A stretch of 64,000 nt of DNA from Trichosphaerium sp. ATCC 40318 (lineage: Eukaryota > Protista > Tubulinea). The stretch lies in contig JALMLS010000196.1 of assembly GCA_038496445.1 (NCBI GenBank), forward strand, positions 82,040-146,039. Reading direction: 5' to 3'. Each line of letters begins with the position of its first letter. The stretch's first letter is position 1. Below the pieces are notes generated by a model. It made no database searches. It was not told the origin of the DNA and saw nothing but the letters and a program-made list of their open reading frames with translations. The position numbers were made by a program, and so were the translations under genes. This document shows positions 40,343 through 53,400 of the stretch, one piece after another.

Positions 40343-41824
40343 TTAGTCGTATTCTATTGTCTTGTTGTCTTTTCTTTCGCTCTTGAGGTTTGCGATAACT
40401 GCTGCTAGCCAATCATCTCGCTTTTTCTGTGTTTCTTCATTTTGTTTTTCGAGGTGGTATACAATATTCTCAACGCAAGACACACAAAAGAAAGTATTTT
40501 CAAGCTCCTCATTTTGAGTATGCCAAAAAAGGATCGTGTCCGGCATAATACTACCTGAAGTATGCTTTTAACTCGAGGGATGACAGTAAAAAAATCAAAT
40601 AAAGTATAGCCTACCTTGACATGCGTGACATTTGTGATTTTGTGTTGGTACGCCATAACTAAAACGTCCAAAAAGGAGTATCTACATGGAATTAAGAGAC
40701 TGTATTTTTTTTTTGAAATGTCTTTTTTTTTGTACCGAATGTTTACCCTTGTGCTCTTCTTCATGGTCTTTGATAAACGCTGCACGTGAGTTATATTTTT
40801 TGTAGCACTCCCAAAAGTCTTTGCAACCCATAAACAGAGGCGCAATTGCCGAACACTTATCCAAGGCTTCTTGATTTAATTTAATAGTTGCTGCACGCTT
40901 CTTTGTGTTAGTTTTGGATGGATAATGGACCTCAAAAAGCCCAGAATCAAATCTAGCCCTTGTATACTCCTCCCCCCAAAGCTTATGTTTTGCAAAATTA
41001 CAAAGAGCTTCGATGCTATTGTCTGATTTTACCTGTGAAAACATGCGTTTCACACGTACGTTCACCCCTGCAAGTAAATTACTTAAAACTGCTTTTTGAT
41101 TTTAGGCTTTGTAAGTTGGTACTTAGAATGTTCTTCTCCTCGCTTGTTAGCATTTTGGATGAGTCTTTTGGAATTTTGGGTGGTGGAGTGTTGTTTTTTT
41201 GTATTTTTGTTGTTTTCTCTTTTGTTTTGTCTTTTGGGCTCTCAGAGGCAACTCGCTCTACTGAATTATTATTAACGCAAACGTAGAGAATTCTGTACTT
41301 CCTTCGCCATTATTACACGTCAAAAACTGTGATGTTTTCAATTTTGTAGAAAGAAACAAATAAAAAGATAGAAAAAAAGCAAAGCCACGTACGCGTAGGT
41401 GCAGCTACTGTGGTATCAGGGCTCGCGTCTTTTTTTGTAGTTGACGCATTTGATGGTGGTAACCCTTCGTGTTGTCTTTTGGCCTTTTTAGCTGGCGGTT
41501 GCGCCGTTTTTACCTCGTCAGCTTTTTGTTTGCTGGCATTTGAGCAAGTTGTTTTACGCTTTTTTTTCATTTGCGGCTGTGATTGTAACAGTATTGGGTC
41601 ATAACGATCTACTGGCTTTCTCTGGCTGTACGCTTTTTTATTAATAACAAATACAGTGTACGTGCGAGCAAAAATAAGTTCGGTACCGTTTAGTGTCCAC
41701 TACAACAGCTGTAGCGTCAGGATCCTGATTATACGAGCTCAAACTTACCACTTCATTCCTGTAGATGTAATAAGTGACAACAATCAACGTATTCCGGTAT
41801 AACTAAAGCGCCCACGCACCACAT
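40343..41824 (-). CDS. Unknown protein: Lys-rich disordered N-terminus and C-terminal Cys4 zinc-finger-like motif
   Basis: Spliced C-term reads KCHACQGSIMPDTILFWHTQNEELENTFFCVSCVE; NLS-like PPAKKAKRQ near the N-terminus. Confidence 0.55.
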
Positions 41825-42051
41825 GGTGTGCTCGAATGCAATTACAATAAAAACAATTAAAAAAAAAACCAACAAATTGAAAAAAAAAGTCCAGCAATGT
41901 CTAGCCAGAATAAAAATACGCTCAATAAACGGGTGCTTCCTAATAACGTAGGGCGTGTATAAACCAGATTAAAAACAACCGCTACAAAATAAGGCCAGTT
42001 GGGACTTTAACCATCGGAACAATAGCAACACGCATAACAGTGTAACTACAA

Positions 42052-45000
42052 ATGGCGGGGTATCCTCAAGGGAACTTTCCAGGGCAATTTTATCAAGGCA
42101 ACGTGTCTAACTACAGTGGTGGGTCTCCACAGCCTAATTATGCTAATGCAGCGCTACCAAATAATCGTACGCATTATTATAACTTGCTAATTTAACTCAA
42201 GCTTTTTTTGTAGAACAGTGGTTTGGTCCCCAAGGTACAGGTATGCCAAATGCGCAACCTTACGCGAATGTAAGCCCCCAGCCAATGTACACACCTAACG
42301 CTGGTATGTTTGTTTTTCAAATAACCAATCTTTTTTTATTTTGAAGTTGAAGTACAATATTTTTTTCTGGTTGGTAGGGAAAAATACTGACGTGTTATTT
42401 TCAGCTGCCCAATTTAATGTATCTGTGGGAGGCGGTGTCCCAGCAATGAATCCAGTTAGTTGGCAGGGTGCAAATGTTCAACAAGTGTTGCCACGTGTGG
42501 CTAAGGTACGCAATATTTTAGTCTAACAATTGATTTAGCGAGTGGTCTTTTTTTATTATTACACCACTCCCTTTGTTGCGTTATACTTACAGATTTTCTT
42601 GTACATAGCCCAAAATTGTTAAAAAAAAGAAACAAGAGGCGCCAGTGGTGAAAGCTATGCCAAATCCACTAGACAATCTCTTTGCTATAGCGTGCGTTAC
42701 TCCAACTGAGATACACATTTGCTAATTATGTGTCTAATATAGTGCACCTACTCCGACACCAGTTCAGCCTGTAACAGCTACACCCAAGCCTGTGTTTATA
42801 ATTGATGATCCTGGTACTAGTAACAGTACTATAGCGCCACAACCATCTACACTAGAACCACAGGCTACCCAGTTTGCTGTGTCTGCACCGTATGATGATT
42901 TTATTTTTTTTGCTTTGTTAATTTGGCAATAGTGACATTGATGGATTAATTATGGAATCACTGGATCTTAAAAAAACACGAAAAAGGACGATAGCTCCTC
43001 GTAAAAAGTCTGCAAGGCCAAAGCGACAAACAGCGTCCTCTGCTGTGGATTGGGGATCTAGAGGCGATACGGTTAGGAATATCTTTGCAGGCAAGTGGTT
43101 GTTGTAGATTTTGTTTTTTTTTAAACCTGGTTTGACACATTGCGCAATGTGTCAAAATAATTTTTCTCATTTTTTTTTGCAGAGATTGATAGTCAAGAAG
43201 AACAAGCGCGAAAACAAAAAGAGCGTGAAGAAGCAGAAAGAAAGCAACAGGAGGAAATGGAGAAGCAGCTTGCCGCACAAGCATCGCAACAAACCACACC
43301 ACCTGCTCAACAGCCGCCTGGGGATATGGGCCACCAATGGGCCGCATTTACTGGTCCGGGACAGCAGGGTAACGTGGATGATATTGATCAAGCGTTTAAT
43401 TCAGGTTGAATTACTACTCATCCGTATTCCAAAGTTAAAGGTGTTTGTAGCGAGAAGCAGCGATGTAGACTTCTCAGCGTTTGGATCACAAGGCCCAGGA
43501 GCAGCAGTGTTTGGATCCTCTAGTTCACTGGCCCCACTAGACGTGCAACCATCGTACGTTTTGTGTTGCCAGACTACAAGATCAAGCTAAATCTGGAAAT
43601 CTAGGACGCATACCGCGGCGCCTCTATTTCCCTCAACCAGCGCTCCCCTTGCACCGATTAGCGCTCCCATTTTGGTATTTTAAAGAAAATTGTTGCTCAA
43701 CCATTCTTGTTGACACTTCTTTTAGAATAATACCGTGGCTGCAACACCTGCAATAGGTTTGTTTAGAAGAATTTTTTAAGACTTTCCATCTTGTTTTAAT
43801 GGTGTTTCTTAGGTTCAGTTGCTACTACTAACACACCAGCTAATTTTGGAGACTTTTCAGCGCCGCCAACGCAGAACACAGATTTTGGGAACTTTGGCGA
43901 TTTTTCAACACCTAGTGCAAACACTGAGGCAAACTTTGCTGACTTTGGCGATTTTTCAACGCCTTCAACAGAAGCTGCAAGCGCAAACTTTGCTGATTTT
44001 GGCAGCTTTAACTCTGAGGCTCCTAAAGAAGTGATAAAAGAGGCTGAACCGCAGGTTAAAGAGGATAACACAGCTAGCGAGTCATCAACTATGTTTGACG
44101 AACCAAAAAAGAAGTATATTATACCTACTGGAGTTGGCGATGTTATTCAGCGCCGCAGTATGCGTGATGAGCTTGCTGGCAAAACCAAAGAGGACAATAC
44201 GCCAAAGATAGAGGTGGATATTGAAAAAATGACCAGTAAAAGACCAGAGGATGTTCAAGAGGGAATTTTGAAGTTATTTCAGAGTGCAGCAAAAGCAAGA
44301 GAAGGTGTGTTTGGTCTTTCGTTTTTTTTTTTTTGTTCAAAGAAAATATGAAAATTCTTTACCCAACGTATTTTTATCCATTCCTGTGCTTTTTTATTCA
44401 CTGACTTCCCTCCCAGCCAAAAACAAAGGCACCTCTGCAGCTGAAAGTACACAAAAAGCGGAACCACCAACTACAGAAATTGGTTTCGGCGATTTTGGTC
44501 AAGGTGAGGTTGGTACAGGAGATTTGGCCAACTTTTCGTCACTATCCTCGCCAGCGCCTGTTACTGTTGGAGGAGCTGACTTTGGCTCCTTTTCTTCCAA
44601 AATCGACACTGCTTCATCTATTAATAACAAAGAGGAGACTTTGAAAGCCCAAATTGAGGAAGATAACAGCTTTGCTGCATTCACAGCTCCTTCTGGTGCT
44701 GAAGATATGGGTGATTTCTCAGCATTTTCTAGTGCTAACACTGCCTCTAATGAGGATCTCGATAAAGGGTTTGATGCTTTTACAGCTGCACCTGTTACTA
44801 AACTTGAAGGTGTCGAACCAGGCTTCGATTCAGCACTATCTACCCCATCCTTGGCGCCTGTCAGTAATATTACGGAAGATACCGGTTTTGCTAATTTCGA
44901 GATGCCTGCACAAAAGACTACAGAAGATAGCGGAATTACTCTTCCTGCATTTGAGCAACCATCTCTAACCTCGCTCACCCCAAAGGACGGATCTTTTGCA

Positions 45001-46508
45001 GCGTTTTCGAGCGCGTCTAAGCCTATTGAAGATCAGGGCTTTGCGGCTTTCAAGATGGCCACTGAAAACGATGACGCTGAGGCAGGTTTTGCTGCGTTCA
45101 AAGCTGCATCAACGCAATTAAGTACAGACAGCGCTGACGAAGATAGCACTGATTTATTCCGATTGATGATGCGTCTTATTAATAGTGAACGATTGCAAGA
45201 AGCACTTGTGCTAAGAAAGCATGTTGAGGTAAAGCCCTAGTAGTGTGTTTATGTGTTAGACTCAGGTGTTTTAATGAAGCAATTAGGCTACGAAGAAAAT
45301 AACCGACCTTCAAGCGCAGTACAAGAAAGCCAAGGAGAAAGATGAATTGCACGAAGCATTGCAAATTAAGACTAATATTAAGCGTCTTGAGGAGGACAAG
45401 TTATCTGACATGCAGATACAGCGTTTCAGGTAGTTTTACATGTGTATTTCTTTCAACCAAAAAAAATTTCAAAAAAAACCCAATCAACTTATCGTCTTTT
45501 GTCTCTAGAGAATCCCCAAGCGAACCTGTTTTGACACTGTCGGAGATGAGGCGTAAACTCATTTCTAGCGCCAGAGATCAAGCTGGACCGTTTTTATCAC
45601 GCTATGATACGGACAGTCTTTCGTATATAACGCCAGAGGCTCTAGAAGAAGGGATAGAAAAGCGCAAAGCTGCAATACAACTCTATCAGTATGGCATTGT
45701 TGATATTCTTTTTTGTTTTGTATTAACACACCTTGTACAGAAAAATTCTTGCCGGCAAGTCTGTTCTACAAGTAAATGCAAGGGGTGTATATAGGTGGCA
45801 ACAAATGGTATGTGGTTTTTTTTCTTGGCGTTTTTGTTTACTCTAATTTATAAATAGCTTGAAGCATGCCACAACGAAATAAGCAAAGCAGTGACAATGC
45901 TCACCAAATTTAAAAAGGAGCTTCCGTCATCTGGTACAGCCTTGGCACAAGTACTAGGACATGCCAAGACGCTACAGTATTTTAAGGGTGAGCATTGATT
46001 TTCTTTTTTTTTTTTATCCCCTTTTCCTGAACACACTCACATCGTAAAAGGTATATCAGAAATGTTTGGTATTTCCTTGAGGATTGGTCTAGCACAGAAT
46101 GAAGATCCTCAAAAGTGTGAGAAATTGGCTTCACCAGAGCTGCGTTCACCGTCATTCCTCATTTCCAAGATTCAGAAGAGCTGGAAGTCGCTTTTACTCA
46201 TGGCAGACTCACTTGGCTATCCTGAGTTGGTAGCCATTGCCGCTGATTATGTAACCTTAAAACAGAGTTCAGATAGCACTGATGTTTGTGGGTTATGTCT
46301 AAACCCTCTTGACAAGGTTAAGCACATCATTCCATGGTAAGTAATAGCTTTTTTATCTTTGGGTTTTATTTGTTTTTGTACATGTTCTATTTGGAACGAG
46401 TAAGCGGCCCAAAGCTTACGGTTTGATTCTCTTAGGTGTGATAAGCGCTACTGCTCAACTTGTGCGAATCTGTGGGCCAATAGAATATCTAAAACTGCAC
46501 CACATTAA
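42052..46508 (+). CDS. Synergin-gamma/aftiphilin-like AP-1 accessory protein
   Basis: Q/P/G-rich N-terminus, many FGDF/FADF/FAAF gamma-ear-type motifs, helical C-terminal region ending CGLCLNP...YCSTCANLWANRI. Confidence 0.7.
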
Positions 46509-46621
46509 ACAGTTTGTACAAACAAAAAAATAACCAGTAAGGCGCTGTTTTTAGGGTTACCAAGCTACATAACGCCCACCTTTTTGTACATGTAAATAAT
46601 AGTAAACAGCACTTACCGTGG

Positions 46622-47103
46622 TTACAACCTCTTGCGATAGAAGCGCTCATATATCCAGGCAAGCGTTGCGGTTGGTATAAAATCTGTACCGCAAAAAAAA
46701 ATACGTTAGCTTTTGGTACTTTTTTTTTTTTACATTTTGACACGTATACAAAGCAAATGTAGTATTAAAACGTTTTACGTACCTGTGAACGGCATGGCTT
46801 CTTCCGCAATGCCAGCTAGAGCAAAAAAGGAGTAGCCGTACAGAGCGTAGATTATGACGCCACTTATGGGTGCCCAGAGCAAATCAGCCGCTTCTCCAAT
46901 GCCTGGCAAGATGTATGTACCGTATCCTTGTTAAAACGCCTTTTAGTTGTTGCTGAGGTACAGTACGCACCTATCAAATCTACGAATATAGAAATACACA
47001 ACTTTAAAAACATAATACACGACATTGAGCCTTCACCACGCCTACTACGCTGTGGAGCGTAATTGTAGGCGTTGACAGTATCTGCTGGTTGTTTGTACGA
47101 CAT
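46622..47103 (-). CDS. Small conserved membrane protein of unknown function
   Basis: LCISIFVDLIG..LPGIGEAADLLWAPISG...AEEAMPFTDFIPTATLAW; two introns. I recall this pattern from bacterial hypothetical proteins (unverified). Confidence 0.75.
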
Positions 47104-48324
47104 GTTGCGTTGGGTGAGGTGTAGATAAAGGTACAAGTACAACGTTTCACTTAAAACAAAAACAGTACATAATAGCTAAATTCACAAAAGTAGCAGGGAT
47201 CTCCAAAAATCCACAAAAAATTCTGAAAAATTATTTTGATTTTTCGCGATTGTGAAATTAAGTTTAATAAAGTTAACTTACCGCCAAAATTCTCTCATTG
47301 GTCCAACTCAGCCACATGTCACGTTGGGCAAGAGAAAAGCCCGGTTTATCACGCCAGTGTTTGTTAAAAAACCTTCCAATGTATCTGCAACTTGTTGCAC
47401 CAGATACTATCCGACACAACATTGTACAGATTGGTACTCAACCTTTGATGCGTTGTGGAAGGTACTTCAAACAAACCAAAGCGTTGGGAGGGCCTGACTT
47501 TAGAAACTTATCATACAATGGTTTGGGTGCATTAAAGTATTACCATTGCATCAAACCTCTTAACACTTGTGTAAAAATCGTCAATGAAAAAGGAAAATGC
47601 TCAAGTTGTCCAAAAAACTCAAAATGCACTGTAGAACGACACATCTATGTTACTTCAGACAATCCAGAGTTAGCTCACATCAATTCCTATGGAACTCACG
47701 CACCAGAGTTTTCCGCACGTAAAACTGTGGATAAAAAGTTCTTTTATTTTCAGGTACTTTATTTTATACAACATGCTACAAGAGTTAATGTTAACAATGC
47801 CTAGATACGCAAACATGCAAAGTACTACATATCCTCAGTCGCCATCGATCCATAATGTTGTTGGCCATGACCATTTTCGAAAACATGTGCTATAAAAGGT
47901 AAAACATATAAATTAATTAATAACTATTCATGATGGATAGATATGACAAAATAGATAAATGCATTGGATTTCTTGAGCAAAATGGCATACATGTATATGT
48001 ATAAGTGAACCATAGGTAGTCATGTAACTGCAGCCTCCAAGCAAAGATGTATCCAATTTTTCACTAAAAAAATCCCATTGTAAAAATCAAAAAAAATCCA
48101 AAAATCAAAGAATGGCTCACCAAATCGACATATACTGCTATAAAATCCTACAAACCACCAACAATTGGGTAATTTATGCCAGTGTATAAGGTATAAAAAA
48201 CGAAACTGGCTTAAGCGATATGATAAGGTATGTGGTAATGTATGATTCAAATTAAATTCCTAAGATTATTTTATATCTCATAGTCATGAATAGATATGAA
48301 AATAAACAATATCTCATTATGTTG

Positions 48325-49249
48325 CCATGTATGTATAGATATGAATTTAAATTACAGTTTAGCTACACATGATATACTAAAAACTTTGTGTATATGAGAA
48401 GTGTGCATACATATTTTTTTTGTAAAAAAAAAGCCAATTACAAACTCAAAATTGCTTACATCTATATAACTCATCACTATGGATACCTACAAATCAATTA
48501 TTGCTTGTACCATGTTTATATGGCCTAATAACATATATGTACATATATAAAGTAATTAAAAATACATTTGTAAATGCAACCTCCAAACACAACTGAATGG
48601 TAAAAATATTTCAAAATTTGCAAAAAAAAAAAGTTCACGTGTCGCTCACAGGCCATGTAGTGTACAAATATCATTTTCGATGCTGCACACCATAATAATA
48701 CATGCCTGTGCCTAACGGCACAGCCATGAAAGTAGCAAAATCTAATAAAATCGAAAAAGTAGAGGTTTAGGTAACCTTAACCCTATTTCCATGTATGTAT
48801 AGATATGAATTTAAATTACAATTTAGCTACACATGATATACTAAAAACTTTGAGTATATGAGAAATGTGCATACATATTTTTTACCAAAAAAAAAAACCA
48901 ATTACAAACTCAAAATCACTTATATCTATATAACTCATCACTATGGATACCTACAAATCAATTATTGCTTGTACCACGTTTATATGGCCTAATAACATAT
49001 ATGTACATACATAAAGTAATTAAAAATACATTTGTAAATGCAGCCTCCAAACACAACTGCATGGTAAAAATATATCAAAATTTGCAAAAAAAAAAAGTTC
49101 GCGTGTCGCTCACAGGCCATGTAATGCATGAATATCATTTTCGATGCTGCACACCATAATAATACATGCCTGTGCCCAGCGGCACAACCATAAAAGTAGC
49201 AAAATCTAATAAAATCGAAAAAGTAGAGGTTTAGGTAACCTTAACCCTA
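48325..49249 (+). repeat. Tandem duplication, two ~464-bp units
   Basis: Units start ccatgtatgtatagatatg at 48325 and 48789; both end ggtttaggtaaccttaacccta. Confidence 0.95.
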
Positions 49250-49899
49250 ATCTTACCTCAATAGTAGTAAATCGTAAGCTTGTAAGGAAAAAAATACACA
49301 ATGTCAACACAACCCTAGCATAATTTTATGCACGTATTTAATGTTACATAGCATAGGATGAAGCACCATATTAATTCAGGCACGAAAATGCCTTCGGCAT
49401 TTCCGCACCTACCCGCAATGGCCCGTACGGAGCGATATTCGGTGAACGAAAATCACATAGTCTCTAACCCTAACTCATACAAAAAGAAGTTGTTTAAAAA
49501 TAAGCAATGAACGCGCATTCGAATCACTGAAAGCCATGACCATCTATGACCAAATCGTTGCTTGCATCATGTAGTCAGATTATAAGCGCATACAAAAAAG
49601 CTTTGCAGGGTGTTATAGGTGATTTTATAATGCCATTGTGTAAGCAATCCTTAGGCCAACATGATTTTGCTGCTAAAAAGTGCCAAAAAACAATAAAAAT
49701 GCAGCCGAAAACGCTATCTCATTATGAAAGATATCTATGATAATTTTGATGCCATATTTGGTTTGCAACAGCCATTTAAGGGCTAGAAACATATTTCATA
49801 TTTTCATGGGGGGCTTGAAGCCATATTTCCACTTAGCTAGAGGGCTCATTTTCATTACAACCCTAAATCCTAAAACTCTACTTTAATTGCTGTTCTTGT

Positions 49900-50025
49900 A
49901 ACCTAGGATTAGGGGTTACTATTGGATTCCTCATTAGGGCTAGGGTTAGGTTTACAACCCTATGTTGTATTAGGGTTAGGGTTAATATTTTGACAAGCCC
50001 TAACTTACATTAGGGTTAGGGCTGA
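49900..50025 (+). repeat. Interstitial telomere-like TTAGGG cluster
   Basis: ttagggctagggttagg, ttagggttagggtt, ttagggttagggct. Confidence 0.75.
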
Positions 50026-50411
50026 ATTCCATTTCATTTTTAGGTAATGTGCTTTTTGTGCTTGTTTGTTAGTTTTATGGTGTAGAGTCATTTTGATTGT
50101 AGCTTTAGTTTTCTTTAGGTTTCAGCTTCCTAAGTAATACTTTTGTGCAGCGATCTCCAAAAATCCACAAAAAGTTCTAAAAAATTATTTTGATTTTTCG
50201 CGATTGGTTATTCAATATTTTTCTGATTACAAGACGCGATTACACGCAAACCCTCACAAGTGGCCCATCTAGGAACTTACAAGTACGTAATTACGTGTTT
50301 AAACGTTTTTAGGCTGATAGCTACAATAACGACATTTACACCATCATATGTGCTACAATAGAACCAGTGGTAAGCGAGGACACAGTATAAATGACTAAAT
50401 TTTTTTTCTCA

Positions 50412-53400
50412 CTACAACTTATTTTTGTAATACGTAGAACCTCCGTAACACTGGTCAGAGACACGAAAACTGGTGCGTGTACACTTAACGGCAAAAATTT
50501 TCATATTTGACAAAGTGTCAACTTTTACACCTTTTTTGGGTTTTGTTTTATTGTGCTGTTGGTAGTTTTGCGCGTAGTTAATACCACTGCGCATAGTTAG
50601 AAGTGAAAATAAACTTTTGCAGTTTTTTTTTTTTTGTTCAAAAATATGCTACTTCTTTAGCGTTTAAATGGGCTGGATAATGTTCTCACAGCATCTTGTT
50701 TAACCGCCAAAAAAAGTTTTTCCAGGTTTTCCATTTATTTAAGGCACAAACTTACGTTACTTATGTTTATTTAGCGTTTACAAAATAAAGTCATCACCAT
50801 ACTTATTGGATGGCTCAGAGGTACGTTTTTTATCTCTTTTGCGTAATCTTCGCTTGAAAGTCGGTTCACCTTTTTCATTCCAGCCTTCAATCTCATCACC
50901 ATAGAATTCTGCGTGTTGTAAACGCTCAAAATTAGTCTAAACAAATTAATTAATTTAGATTTCTTGACGTTTGATAGTACTTGTTGGTTTTTGGCATCAA
51001 GAGTCTCTATTTCATGCTGCATCAATACCGCTGGTGTACTTTCAGGTACATGTTCATCAATGGCTGTGTTTAACTCCATGAAGTCACTGACAGTGTCTAT
51101 GTTAGGTGTAGTACTTGCATCATCAAGCTTTTGGCTAGGTACAACTCTTGTTTCTGTATTTGTAGTACTTTCAGTTGACTCCTCTTCAATTTGTCGTAAC
51201 TCAAGAGTGAAGGCTGTTGTATCTACTTCAATAGGTTGACGTTTGCGCTTGCGCTTGGCTTTACGTGGGGTACGTTGTTTAGGTTTTTGAACAATGTACA
51301 TTTGTTCTTTTGTTTTGCCTACAAAAATGCTTAAACTTATTTGTTGTCAATACTTTTTGTACTTACCAACCATAGATTGTCTTATGCGTGAGAGGCCACG
51401 CATTGAAATGATGTCATCTTTAGCGATTGAAACAGCAAAAATGTGTTTACAAGGCTTTCCGTACAAATGATATTGGTGACAGGAACAGTATGATTTGTGC
51501 ACGCTCTCACCACTTGTAACATCGTACGTATGATTGGGTATACTTTGTGATTTTACAACATAAAATATTGGTTTGTTGTTTATGTCCAAGATAGGTCGCA
51601 CGTTCCCTCTCTATACATTTGTAAGCGTAAACTACAAACAAAAAGGATTAAGTACACACCACTTCAGATATTTCTTTTCCCAATACCAAACTTCTCCTTG
51701 TATCTGTCTCTTCTTTTGATAACCTCGGAGGAACTTTAGATAAGTATCCAAGTTTCCAACCTTCACTTAGGAGCATATAGCTTGCTTTAAGTGCTAAGGT
51801 TGATACAGCATCACAAGACTTCTTCATTTCTGATACAAGACGTTAGCAAAAGACTTTTGTACTTTGTTTCCATGGTACGTACTATAAATGATTGCTTTTT
51901 GCTTGAAAACAGTTTCTGTCTTATTGTTAGTGTTCCACAACCCCATGCGGGTTTTGTGAATACTTCCACAATCAGACCAAAGATCTCTCCAAAATGGAGT
52001 AAACCAATACGTATTGAAGTATTTTACTAATTTTTGCACTAAATAGAATAAATATATGCTTTCAAGTAAGTTTGGTACCTTTTTTTTCATCGCCGATGAT
52101 CTCCCTCAAAAAACTTGGAAAACTAGCAACCATTGTATTGAATACAGATACAGTTCTACACCGCTCTGTACGTATTAATGCGTCCAAAATGCGTCGTCTA
52201 TCAAAAGCATAAACAAGATGCAATAAAACGGTACTTTGGTGTTTATCGTATTTTCTGGAAGTTAGGCATCGATTTAGGTATGTTTTTGGCAATTATGCGT
52301 GTAAAATTGTTGTGATAGTGCCACTGGCACAACACGACTTTCCATTTTATAGATATCGCTGCTGAGATGGTGGTTTCACATCTGTCGCACATCACTGTTG
52401 GAGTATAAGGTTTGTTGTATTTTTCTTCCATTTTTGCTTTTATAACACCAAAAATAGTTGACGCATTTATTAGATTGTGGGCACTGCAAATAGCAAATAG
52501 AGGTACAAAGCCCCTACCATCTATTGGATGCTATACAGTGACAGCGCACAATGGAAAGCTACAGAGAAGTGAGCGTTTAGAGGTACATAAAAAAAAAATA
52601 AAAAAAAATAAATTGAATTTAAATATTACCGGTGTTTGTTGCTTTTGTACTCCTCGTCCCATCCTATCAGATCTCTACCATATTTATCTAGCATATCCAT
52701 CCAGTTGGTGTCATTGATTCCATCTTCTTCTGTCACACCAAGCAAGAATGCCCAATTTTTGTCTCCGGCTTTAGGGAAGTCAGTTGTGTGTTGTGGATAC
52801 ACTACATATGGATGTAGAGTTGGAGACAACAACACTTCTGATATCTCTTCAGCTACAGTGTCAGGCAGTCTAAAAAGAAATGAGTTGATGAAGGTAAGTA
52901 AACAAAAACGACAAACAAAAAATAGTTTGTACTTGTACTCAGATCATGCTCTAGTTCGCCATGCATGCATCCATTTAGTGATAACACATAGGTCAGGATT
53001 CCATGTTGTTGGTACTTTTAGTTTAGTTATAAGCTTTGGTACCATGACACAATGTATATACGTTGGTTTGATAGCTCCATAATAATTATCTTTGAAAGCA
53101 TCCAGTTCTTTAGCATGTTTGCGTATCAGTGGTAAAATGAAAACGGGATTTTGGATATAAATCCCACTAAATTCCTTTGTTTTAGGGATTTTTAAGGTAA
53201 TTTGTGAAGAATTCTTATTTTTATTTTTTTTTATGGCAGGATTTTTGATAGAATTACCATAATATTCCCTTAAATATGGAATTTTCAGAATTATTGTACA
53301 AAATCCACCAAATAATGTACTAATTTAGTTAGGGTTAGGGTTAGGGCTAGGGTTGAGGTTTATGAAAGTAGTTTTATATTTGCAAAAAACCATCAACACC

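Noticed and set aside
43840-44010. Short nucleotide repeats (actttggcgatttttcaac) resembling a CRISPR or minisatellite
   Set aside because: They encode the FGDF/FADF peptide motifs of the synergin-like protein; no spacer architecture, and the context is eukaryotic.
52531-52946. Stop-codon reassignment suggested by in-frame TAG/TGA in the transposase
   Set aside because: Host genes end in TAA, TAG and TGA with no internal stops; both codons are one C-to-T change from CAG/CGA, and the relic also has a frameshift and an insertion.
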